From Antedon mediterranea (lineage: Eukaryota > Animalia > Echinodermata), in the NCBI RefSeq assembly GCF_964355755.1, contig NC_092680.1:9610001-9674000 (forward strand): a stretch of 64,000 bases of DNA. The letters are read 5' to 3'. Below the pieces are notes generated by a model. That model did no database searches. It worked only from the letters and a program-made list of their open reading frames with translations, and was not told the origin of the DNA. The position numbers and the translations under genes were made by a program. Below, one piece after another: positions 10,669-22,413 of this stretch. Numbering within the stretch: the stretch's first letter is position 1; every line of letters begins with the position of its first letter.

Positions 10669-13663
10669 GTGGAGTTCAACACATTGATACACAAATGAGA
10701 AATGTTCTTGAGGTTGTATTGGAATCGATTGAAGATGCTGGTATTCCTGCATCGAAACTGCGTGGCTCCAACACTGGTGTGTATATTGGGGTGACGGAAA
10801 ATGAATATTATACGTTGGCTGGGTTACCTTTTATCAGTCAATACACATATTCAGGAACTAACTCGTACATGATCTCTAACAGAGTTTCGGGTGAGTTTGA
10901 TTTCAGAGGACCACGTTTTCCAACCGACACCGCCAGTTCGTCGTCATTATATGCTGTACAAATTGCTTGTGATGCTCTAAGAAAAGGGGATTGTGACACA
11001 GCAATTGCCGGAGACGTAAATAACAATCATAATCCTACAGTTACACTTGGTTTCTCTCAAACTGAATTGCTTTCTCCTGAGTCGACAGTGGACGAAAACA
11101 GCCGAAGTGAAGGTATAATAATTCTTAAGTCACTAAGCCAAGCAAAAGCAGACAAAGATCGTATTTATGCAGTGATTCAAGGCGATGCTATTACAAATTA
11201 TGATGGAGCACCAGTTATTGCAAATCATAGCCATGATGCCCAAATTGATCTCGCACATAACATAAATAAAGCGGTAAAAGTTGACTTCAGTAATATCGCA
11301 TGTGTCACTGAAACTAAACTAGGAGACAAGACTGAAGAAAATGCCATTGTCAAATCCATGGGTAAGCAAAGTTCAGAAGTCGAAGGCGTTGCTGGAATAG
11401 GAGGAGTTATCATGGTAGCATTGTTATTACATCATCGAGAAATTCATTGCATTGTGCAATTCAAACATAATCCAAATATACAATTTCAAGATTTGAAACT
11501 GAGAGTTCCGGCAACTAACATCCCTTGGTCGGTTGCTTCGACGCTCTTTGTAGGCTGTAGCTCATTTGAAGCCAATGGTGCTAACACACTTGTGTTTGAA
11601 ACTGCGCCTGTGCCTAAAGTACAGTACGTTCATCAAATTGAACCATTGTCGTTTGAATCATATAACATGTTGATGATCTCGGCTCATTCACTAGAAACTC
11701 TTCGTCAAAGATGTATCGACTGGAAAGACTTCTTATCAAATTTAACAGGATTGGAGTCTTTTAAAAATATGTTATACACAGCAAATTTGAGAATTACTAT
11801 TCACAAAGAGAGAGCAGTTTTTGTAGCAAAGTCAAGTTATGAGTTTGTGAACTTATTGCAAAAGAAATTAGTCGGAGAAAGCTCAGATGCTATAATTGAA
11901 GGCAAAGCAAAAGATGACAAGTCTGTTAACCGAACAGTTTTTGTTTTCTCTGGCAGTGGTACTCAGTGGTGGGGCATGGCGAGAGAATTAATCAATACAC
12001 AACCTATATTCAAAAAAGTCATAAAGGTAATTAGTTTTCAGATATTACTGGAATATACAAAACCTAGAGGTTGGTGGTTGAAATCATATATTCAAAATTA
12101 TAATTATTTATCACGGATACAATGATTAAAACAATTACCAATAATTTGTTTTTACCTACTTCAATAAGATAATAATATAATTATTTTATAGAAGATAGAT
12201 GGTTTTTTAGAAAAGACTGGTGGAAAATGGTCGCTTATTGAAATGTTAACAGTAGAAACTGATAAAAACAGAATCAAAGGTGATACAGGTAAACATTTTT
12301 GTTATTCTATAATATACCCCTAAGTAGACTCTTGTCATTTGAGTGATTTGCTTTAGATTAGTGTATATTAGTTTGAATAATTAATGGGAACAAGACGTGG
12401 AATTTGTTTATGGCTGCCTATGAATATTTTGATCTGTTGTTGACACAATTCATAGTTTTTTTTTATATACCTATGTAGGGTGCATGTCATATTATTTCCA
12501 CTCTGCTTCGCCTCGTTTTAAATAATATTATTAAAAAGATCATTTCTGAATGATTTTAATCTATCTATTTAGTGTCTAGTATAATCAAGCTTATAATTAT
12601 AACGTTATACATTTTATATATAACAATTAGAAAAACATACTGTACTAAACTTATGCAACCGATTAATAAATGTGTATTTTACCTTAATATATAATTATAT
12701 TTTAATTGTTAATTGCTTTAAACAGAAATTTCACAAGTCTGCATTTGTAGCGTTCAGATTGGATTAGTTGAACTTTACAAACATTATGGAGTAAGGCCGA
12801 GTGCCATCATCGGTCAGAGTGTAGGTGAGGTGGCAGCAGCCTACGCAGCTGGACTTTTCACTATGGAAACAGCAGTCAAACTAATATTTAAACGAGGAAA
12901 TATCCTAAGTAAAATAAGTGGCTCAGGAACGATGATGGCAGTTCTTCATGACGTGGAAGTTGTCAAAAGAAAGCTAGACTGTACTCCAATAGAGATAGAC
13001 ATAGGGGCAATAAACAGCCCTAAGCAGATTGTATTGTCTGGGAAAACAGAGTTACTTATTGAATTTTCATCCAAATTAAAAAAAGAGGGCATATTGACAA
13101 AATTACTAAATGTTAATAGTCCATTTCACAGTCGTCATCAAGACGATTTGAAGGAAGAATTTCTTAGAAATACTAGTTTCCTTAATCAGAAGCAAACATA
13201 TTCAACTAACGAAACATCTGTTATTCCAATGATGTCAACTGTAACAAACCGTTATATTACCCTACAAGAAGCACATGACCCTGCTTACTGGTGGAGTAAT
13301 ATTCGCCAGATGGTGCGTTTAAAAGACGCAATAGATGTCGTACTCAATAGCGGTTGCAATGGTTTTTTAGAAATAGGAGCTCATCCAACGTTGTCACCAG
13401 TTATTAAAGAAACTATAGCTTCGAAATCGATCAAACCAACGATTTACTTTATCACTCATTCTCTTAAAACACCACGTGATGTAAGTAACACTGCCAATGA
13501 TAATCTAAATTTCATCACATCGTTAGCACAGATGTTTGCAGAAGGTTACCCTGTTGATATGACACCGCGCTTTGAAGAGTTTAATTGCATGGTGGAGTCA
13601 TTGCCATTGTATCCATGGCAACATATACGGAGTCCAGCAGCAACTAAAAATAAGGGACCATGA
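10669..13663 (+). CDS. Animal type I PKS/FAS-like KS(inactive)-AT didomain protein; exons 10669-12026, 12192-12288, 12726-13663 (~797 codons); 5' exon(s) not resolved
   Basis: KS motifs EDAGI, NTGVYIG, SNRVS..FDFRGP, DTASSSSL, RSEG, DRIYAVI; AT motifs VFVFSGSGTQWWGM, GQSVGE, SPFHS, YWWSNIRQMV, FLEIGAHP; post-AT linker LPLYPWQH. GT-AG introns join in frame (phase 0 then phase 1). Confidence 0.88.
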
Positions 13664-14834
13664 TCTAGTCGGGAAAAGCGATGTTGGTGCTGTTATTGTT
13701 GCTGTCGCTACTGCTGCCGTTTATGTTGTCGCTGCTGTTGTTGCTGTTTCTACTTTTGTTGTTCGGTAAATTGTCATCCCACTTTATGTCCACTGCAAAC
13801 ATTTTCCAATTCTTCTTCTCTGAAGATACCGACCAGATCGAAGTTCTCGATATTATTCTCTTGCTGTCGTCTCCTCTTGGTTTCTTCTGTTGTTATCCAT
13901 CTAGTCAATGAAAATTGGCTTTATTAAGGTGTTAGGTTGCTAAAATTTCTAAAAAAGAATTTGTGAATCCTTGACTGTGATTGTCTATAGAGATAAATTA
14001 CGAGATCTGATTGACTTACGCTTTTGTTTACGATGAAACAGCATGACTTCCACCGTAGTTTCACGAATGAACGTTTCAATATTTTTTGTGAATATTTAGG
14101 AAGTTAATCGTTATTTTTATCCATATATTTTTTAAATAATAACAAGAAATATAATATTCTGTACCACACAGTGATATATTTTCGACTAGTTTGCCGTTAT
14201 TGAGAAGAAAATCAGGCGGAGGCTAAGCTAATCAGCGTCGCTACTTCATTGTTGATTTTCTGAAAATGAAGATTTCCTTAGCTAGAAAGTGACTTGTATG
14301 TTTTCACGCTGCTGCTCTAGCCCGCTACGTCACACGAGATGACTCATTCATTAGATGAAATCAAGCAGCTTTATAGTACTACACTTTGACATTTTTGTTA
14401 AAATGGAAACTCCACTATAATTTATTGGTACCACCTGTTGAATCCAAAAACGGCTGAGAAAAGAGTCTAACAACAAATCCCAAAGCATTCTGGTATTTAT
14501 GAGTCCCATGATATAATTCGCTGTCAGATAATCATTGAATTATTATCAAAACAGTCCATTGAAGTTTTTGTTTGTAATAGGATACTTGAAGTATCTAGGC
14601 GTGATGAAGTGACCCCCAGACTTGACCTTAGCAATAACAATAAGCGAGCAGCGTTTTTTGTAAGAAATATTCTTGTTATTAATAACTCTACATATAATAA
14701 ACCAATTTTAATAAACAATGGCTCATTTTAAAGCTTATTAAATATAGATTACGAATATATATCTATCGTTTCAAATTAATTAATTAAACTTCAGTATATC
14801 ACCGGGCGGTTTATAATTAATGTTCTTTGCCTAA

Positions 14835-15997
14835 TCTATATTATAAGTGAGAGAGTTTGTCTGTCTGTTTGTCTGTTTGTTTGTTTGTTCGTTATACAAA
14901 TTTTTGTTACTGCACGTAATCTTACATATGGGGTATCAAAATGAACGCAATTGTATCGGGAATGTTCTAAGCTATATTTCAACATCATCCGCCACCTAGG
15001 ATCCAAGTTAGGGACCAAAATGTGGTCAAAACCCCCACTTTCGATGTTTGTTCGTTATACAAATTTCTGTTTCGGCACGTAACCATACGTATGGGGTATC
15101 AAAATGATGGCAATTGTACCCGGAAGGTTTTAAACTACATTTAAAAAAATTCCCCCGACTCCTGGGGTTTTTGTGGGAGGGGTGGCGGGGTTTGGTGTGG
15201 TGGTTTGTGATGTCATTTTTGCTAGGGCTCGGGGTTGTAGGCTATCGAATTGTAAAATTATACTACAAAAGTTTTACAGTATTTGAATTATCCTCAGCAA
15301 GGTGTTTGGGGAAATATAGATATACATATTTTATTCATTAACCAATATGACACCTATTCAATTACACATTTAGCAAAGTACTTTAACCATATCCAGCTAT
15401 GTATTGGCCTCCTGCATTACAGACATCCATTCCTGTGTGAACATACACACGTTGTTTACTGTTACTGTGTTCAACTACATCACCATGCCTCCAAGGAAAG
15501 AACGTCAATTGTGGGAGAGATAGGGTTTGGGAGTTGGGATTCAGGGGATTTAGCTTATCTGCGTTGTGTTTGTAGGGGGAGGAGGAGCGAAAATACTAGC
15601 GTAATGAAGTAGCCTATATGATTGGAAAGGTTACTATATTTGAACTGTCTAGGGGAGGAGTTAAGGTTTGTTGATGGTGGCTGGGGTGGTCCGCAGTATC
15701 TAAATTAGATATTTTAATTATCAGCCAATATGACACCTATTCATTTACACAATTTACAACGTACTTCAACCATTATTAGACCCATCATAGCTATGTATAC
15801 TCCTCTCAATTTGAAGCTTAGGTTGAATTGAATTTGTCCATCACTGGGAAGAATTTGTTTTTAAGAAAGAGTATGGGGTGTTTATTGAAGAGGGCCGCCA
15901 GTTGGTGAGTATAGACAGATACTGGCGTCGGGTGTTATGTACTGAGAAGCCTTTAAACTAATTTTGAAACCCGCCCTGGGGCGGGTATAATTGCTAG
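14835..15997 (+). mobile_element. Non-autonomous Helitron
   Basis: A|TCTATATTATAAG 5' end, (GTCT/GTTT)n tract, GC hairpin ACCCGCCC-TG-GGGCGGGT at 15969-15986, CTAG|T 3' end, no TSD. Internal part recurs at ~58637-59048. Confidence 0.88.
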
Positions 15998-17696
15998 TGT
16001 GTTTATATATATAAAAGTATCTCTTCGGAGATCCCGCCTCATGAATAAAAATACTGAAAAATGAGGGCGTAATGAACATTAATTCGAAATATCTCCTGAT
16101 CATTGTCCTCAAAGGGGACCTTGTCGATTCGTATCTTCATGTTCTACGACTTACGAGGTTATGTGGCCTAGATAAAATGACCAGTGTGACCAATCACATA
16201 ATAACTGTGGACAGGTGCTGTTTTACAGATTTCATTCGACATCTTTAATATAAATTAATATTCAAGTCAGTCTACTTTAAAATAAAGAAATACTTTGGAA
16301 GTGGCTAACTTGAGGTGGTTATTTTCGAGTCGGTCACTTACGAGAGATACGGTCGGCCATGTCATTTCCAAACATTGTAGGTGGAGGCATATTACATTAA
16401 AAAATATGTATAACTGTAAACAAACTATCCACATCAACTTATGGAAGGTGGCTGCTATGAGAGTAACACTGATTAGGGGAGAATAAAAAACAGCATTGGA
16501 ATGTAAGAGGTTTGACCGGCGCGTTGCACTCAGTCGTCGGGTTAGGATTTTGCGGATGCACATGCTTGATGAATGTTTAGTTCAAATACATTATTTACAA
16601 TACAGTATAATACAATATACAATACTTATCAGAGGTGGTTAATTATACTTAAAACAAATGAATGTAGGCCTAATTGTAACACAATCGGGCACTTAACATT
16701 TTTAAAGGTAATGTTTTAGACTTGTTTTGTCAGTGCAGTTGGCATCATTGCTGCTTTACCATAAACTTTAATAATTACCTTAGTTTTCCATTATTTAATC
16801 TACGATAAAGGAATTGCTAAGCCTGGTTGTGATAACTTTTTTTTTCTTGTCTTGTGTGGGTTCGTCCCACTTTTATTATCATACTCTGTTATAAATATTA
16901 TATTTTTTAAACATAATTTTTCCTCTCGTTTATATCTTACAATGTTAAAAGTAATTGTAATAAAAACATTGCATTCATTATTTTACATTTAAAAAAAGTA
17001 ATTTAAATATATAAAATAATTAACAAAATGCCTAATAAAAGACGATAAAAATTGATTAAAAACGTACTTTTGACAGTTGTAATTATTCAATAAAGCTCGT
17101 GTTCGTGTTCGGGTAGAGAGGCTATAAACTCAGGAGAGGAATATAAAATACCCTCCCTTTTCACCAAGACAAAAATGAATGAGATGAGTAAGAAGAATGC
17201 AAAAGTTTGAAAAATAAGGTATTTAGAATGGATAGTATGGAATGATCTATTTAATGAAAACCGTAAGGTTAGAGTCCATACACTGTGCAAGTCCAAAATA
17301 GTATTTTGGCTCTGTGTGTACGCTTCATACCCGGATATATATATATAATACCAATAAAAAGACTTAAAATAACTTTATACATCAATATTAAAATATTTGT
17401 ATATATATTCAATTAAATATATATATATATATATATACATATTATACATATACTCATCACAGGTACAGAAAAATTCAAAACGATAAAGATGGAAAAGTCG
17501 CTAAAATCGAAATTCGAAACTGGAACAGTTTGCTTGATATGCAGATTTTTCTTAACCTTTAGACCACTAGGGTTTTATGGTATTTTTCATCTTCGATTGG
17601 ATAGCGAATCTTTTTCACCCTCGTCGTATTACGGAAGAGCATAGATATATATTTATAACTATCAAAACGTACTAGAAAAGTCTAACAGTTTTTCTT

Positions 17697-19837
17697 TTAC
17701 GTTTTAGCCCATTTTTGTTCAGCTTTGATAAAGTTACATGCGTGTTCATATTTTATTAAATTGGAAATTTCCGTTTTGTATACATTCCATATTGTTTGTG
17801 AAATATTTTCTTCTTTTAATAAATTATTATAGGTAAAACCTGACTTATAAATACAAAAACAGAAAATAGAAATAAGTTCATTTATGAGTTTGCTGTTAGT
17901 ATTCCCTGTAACAATGTTTATCCAACTGGAAAATTGATGGCGTGTTTCGTTGGCAGGGAAACACGTTACAATCATTAAATCAAACTTTCTCCAGAATGAT
18001 TGAATTGTTTTACAAAGAAATATCATATGTTTTTTATTTTCTATTTCAGTTTTACATTTTTTGCATAGGTCAGTTTCCACTAACTTCCATAATTTAAGCT
18101 TTGCACTACATGCTAAAATTCTGTGCAACAGTTTGAAATTCAATTGGCAAACTTTAACTATATGTTTAGAGCTAACAACTTTATTAAACCATATTTTATG
18201 CCAATTTAACTCAACACCTAATTCAAATTCCCACTTTGCTTGAGATATTGGAATGGATGCTTTGTTATTAACAATGTGTCTATGAAATATTGAAGATTTG
18301 TTTTCCTTATAAAATAAACTTATAATCTACATATTTATCATTTACATTTTCAACAATTGGTGATGTTACTATTTGTTTCCATTTATTTGGTATAGCATTG
18401 ATAATTGAGAAATATTCTATGAAACCATTTTCTTTATGAATCAACTTGGGAAGCAACTCTTGGTATGTTATTACTGTAGTTCATTATTAATAATGATATC
18501 ATTTATTTTCGGAATCCCGAATTTAACCAATTGCTAAGGTACATTGAATTACCTTGCAGAGTTATATATTTATTTTCCCACAGCTGTTGAGATTTGATTT
18601 CATTTGCAGTTAGTGGTTCTGAACTTATAATATTGTTTAGAATCACAGCCGCATTTAATAATTGTAGATAAAATATTGGCATGTCTTTTTAAAATTGTAT
18701 GGTTTTCTTTATTCATTTTAGTAATTTTAACTGTACATTCAAATGGATACATATAGTATTTCAGAATGAATTTCCATTTCCCAGGGTCAGGGCTTAATAG
18801 CCTCTTGATCCAACTCAGTTTTAAAGACTTAACTAAAACATTAAAATCTACCATGTTGAGACCACCGTCTTCAATTTTATTGATAAGTGTTTTTCTTTTA
18901 ATTTTTTCCTTTTTTCTTCCCCATAGGAAATGAAAAATTTATTTTTCAACTAGAGGAAAAATATGTGTAGGTACATCTATAATACTGGCGTTGTATATAA
19001 GTTTGGATATAGCCAGTGTTTTAATAATTGTTATTTTCCCAAGAAAGGATAAATATCTTTTTTCCCATAATTTTAATGTATTTTTTAAGTTAATAATTTT
19101 GTCATCCCAATTTTTTTTTCACATGAATTGGTATTATAGCCAACATATATTCCAAGAAAGTTTATTGGTTCCTTCGTCCATGAAATATTGAACGGAGTGG
19201 AGTTACTAAATCTACTTGAACCAATCCAAATGCCTTTTGTTTTTTTATTCAATTTTAGACCTGATATGTTATAAAACGTCTGTATTTCATTAAAAAAAAT
19301 TTCTAAACTGCGTCCTTCACTTGTGAAAATTACAGTATCATCTGCCAATTGTGCAATTTTTACTATATTATCATTGTTTTCTGTGCTTGGTAGTTTAATA
19401 CCTTTGCAGTGTCGATTTTCTCGTATGTTAATTGCCATGATTTCGGCAACTAAAATAAATAACAAAGCGGACAATGGACAGCCCTGTCTTACTCCACAGT
19501 TCATTTTAAAAAGTTTTGGATATCCAACCATTATTAGTTATTTTACACATTGTATCCGTGTAAATTATTTGTATCCATTTTATGAACGATTTACCAAATC
19601 TAAATTTTTCCAGAACTTTGAACATTAGGTTTCTGTCTATTGAATCAAAGGCTTTGGCGAAGTCAAGGAATATCATCGCACCTGGTATATTTTATCTATT
19701 GTATAAGTTAATAAATCTTCCACTAATCTTATATTTTCTGGTCCAAATCTTCCTTTTATATAACCCTTTTGATCGAAATTTATTATTGATCCAATAATTT
19801 CATGCATTCGGTTAGTTAGGGCATGTGCCATAATGGT
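17697..19837 (-). mobile_element. Degraded L1/Tx1-clade LINE ORF2 (RT and C-terminal zinc-finger region)
   Basis: Frameshifted pieces: DFAKAFDS, GVRQGCPLSALLF, QLADDT, SGLKLN, GGLNMVD, NFKLLHRIL...C..C....E...H.IF.C. Cut at 19837 by an LTR. Confidence 0.88.
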
Positions 19838-20698
19838 TGTGATAACTTTGTCGATTTTTGAAACAAAATTTGGACAAAAACATGTTAACCTTGACTTTGT
19901 TGATGTTACCCCTGGTCAATGATTACAGGGATGTTTTCCGTCGTTGAGAGATCTAAGAATAGTAATACACAATAAATGATGACAAGGATTTTATAGATGT
20001 TCTACTCATATGTGGCAAATCTTTAATGACCTCTTATCATCAAACATAGTAAGCTTAAAACTATAGTACATCTGCTAGGCCTACTGTATTTCATAACTCT
20101 AAAAATACTAACAATGAAGCATTGTCTCTCAACTAAGGTCGTGTTAAATAAGTAATAAACCTGTAACACTTCTTCACCTTCCTATTATACCAAGGTGAAC
20201 ATCAATATCAATAATACATGACTTGTACTTGTGTCTAGGGTCTGTTTCTGCTGCATAACGCAATTTAACCGGTTATTTTAAAATAGATTAAAAATAGATA
20301 ACAATAACAAGACCGCGTTTCTGCTCAATTTGTGCTCCGAAATAACCGGTTAAATCTATGGGTGGTCGTCGAGCAAAACGTCATCATTACCCAAAATGCA
20401 ATACACTCAGACGGAAGTAGTAAGTTGGCTGTTTGTTTACATCGACGTCGTCAGTACACACGTGTGTATATCGCCGAACATCTCAAACATGTTAAAATAA
20501 TAAAATGTTGTCTACAGGTCTACAAGTTTTGTTTTTTGTAAAGCCTACTTACTGATCGCTAATAAAATTAATTCTCATGGCGCCTTCAATAACATGGGGA
20601 GGGTCGCCTAAGATAATTTTTATCTAGCCTAAAATTCCTCAACAAAGGCGATGATGATACGGCCCTTCCCACGTGAACGACTGTTGTCTTGCGAGCGC

Positions 20699-21310
20699 GG
20701 TCCTAAAAAAAAACCAAACGGAAACAAAAACGAGACTTAGAATGTTGCAATACCTACCAAACGAGAGTAAATAATTGTTAATTAATTATGAAACCCTAAC
20801 TTTTATAGCAAAAATCGTCCGAATTTATGTTAAAAACGACGAGTTTAGCCACAAAAACTTAAATCAAACGAGTATCCAAATCATAGAATATCGCACGCAC
20901 ATAGTGCCTTTAATAGAATAATGAGTATTAAACATTGTTTCGTATATTTATGTACTAACATAAATAATAACACATTTCTATGCTTAATAAAATCATATTT
21001 AATATATTATCAAAGGCTCTCATAACCTTTGTTTTCGGTCGATGTGATGTTTTTCTAAAAAAATTATATAAAACGATCAAATTAAGATTGTTCATTGTTC
21101 TCCTATTAAAGGCACTAAGGGCGTGCCATAAATACGCTCGTTTGGATTAAGTTTTTGTTGCTAAATTCATCGTTTATAACATAAATTCGGATGATTTTTG
21201 CTATAAAATTTGGGTTTTCATAATTAATTAACCATTATCTACTATCGTTTGGTAGGTATTTGCAACATTCTGAGTCCCTTTTTTTTCCGTTTTGGTTTTA
21301 ATATAGGACC
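20699..21310. mobile_element. MITE with ~180-bp imperfect TIRs (GGTCC...GGACC)
   Basis: 20699-~20875 is the diverged reverse complement of ~21131-21310. Confidence 0.8.
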
Positions 21311-21316
21311 ATCCAT

Positions 21317-22413
21317 GGGTGTCACGAAAGCTCAGACCACGAAAGCTCAGACCCCCTAAGACCTAAGATCACGAAAGCTAAGACCCAACACCTAAGATTA
21401 CAAATACTAAGATATACTACAGCTTAAAAACAATACTTGTTTATCCATACATAATTTTAAACACAGTAGGTTTCATTTATTACCATAAATATAATTTAAT
21501 ACTACCGCAAAACATAGATAAACTCACATTATTTTCGCCCGTTGAGTAAATGTATATTTTTTCTTTACAACAAACAAACTTGACGGGTTGTGTGTTGGTA
21601 CTGTATATATTTACTCCATTGTGTTGGTTCAGAGGATGTTTTTCTTACGCACCTGCCTTTCTTGTATTTTGACTCCAAATTTGTTGACTAACTTTATCCT
21701 GAACACCACACTTTAAAATTAGGACTTATAAGTACTTTCAGAAGGAGAAACACATAATAACAAATAAATAAATCCTTTAAATTGATGATTTTACAGATGT
21801 GTTTCTTTGTACTGTATACTTTAATGACAATGTAACTCCTCGAGCTCCCCATGCTCAATGTTTTTGTTTCTATGGAGCGCCAAAAGAGCAACAATAATAG
21901 TACAAGTATAAAAACAGAAAGAAAACGAAACAAAAAAACTTATCATGATTTTTAAATTAAAATTTATTTGCCAGTATTTATTTCATCGTACTTGCATGAT
22001 TATACTATTATCATTACAATTTTAATTTTACATTGTTCCATCCACACTGTAGATGGACTCCACAGAGTTTTCAGCCCTCTATATAATTTTTGCTCTTTTG
22101 ATGTTCCATAGAAACAAAAACATTGAACATGGCCCATGGGGTAGGCCTACTGTACTGTAGGCTAGTCATTTTGTGTGCGAGAAAAACGTCTGTAAAATCA
22201 TCAATTTAAAAATGTATTTGTTACTTTTTATGTGATTCTTTTTCATGAAAGTGCCAATTCTAAGGTGTTGGTATTCAGAATAAATGTTGGGAGTTAAAAT
22301 ACAAGGCAGGTGCGAAAGATAAATATTTGTAATCTTAGGTGTTGGGTCTTAGCTTTCGTGATCTTAGGTCTTAGGGAGTCTGAGCTTTCGTGGTCTGAGC
22401 TTTCGTGACACCC
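21317..22413. mobile_element. Foldback MITE with 10-bp TSD (Mutator/MULE-like)
   Basis: ~90-bp near-perfect TIRs starting GGGTGTCACGAAAGCTCAGACC; GACCATCCAT duplicated at 21307-21316 and 22414-22423; additional internal inverted arms ~21640-21895 and ~22085-22320. Confidence 0.88.

Noticed and set aside
10647-13663. Bacterial contaminant or recently transferred PKS cluster
   Set aside because: The gene has in-phase spliceosomal introns, host-like AT content and no operon neighbours.
13663-13906. Possible insertion with 8-bp TSD ATCTAGTC causing the PKS truncation
   Set aside because: No convincing TIRs, and removing the segment leaves the TGA at 13661-13663 in place.
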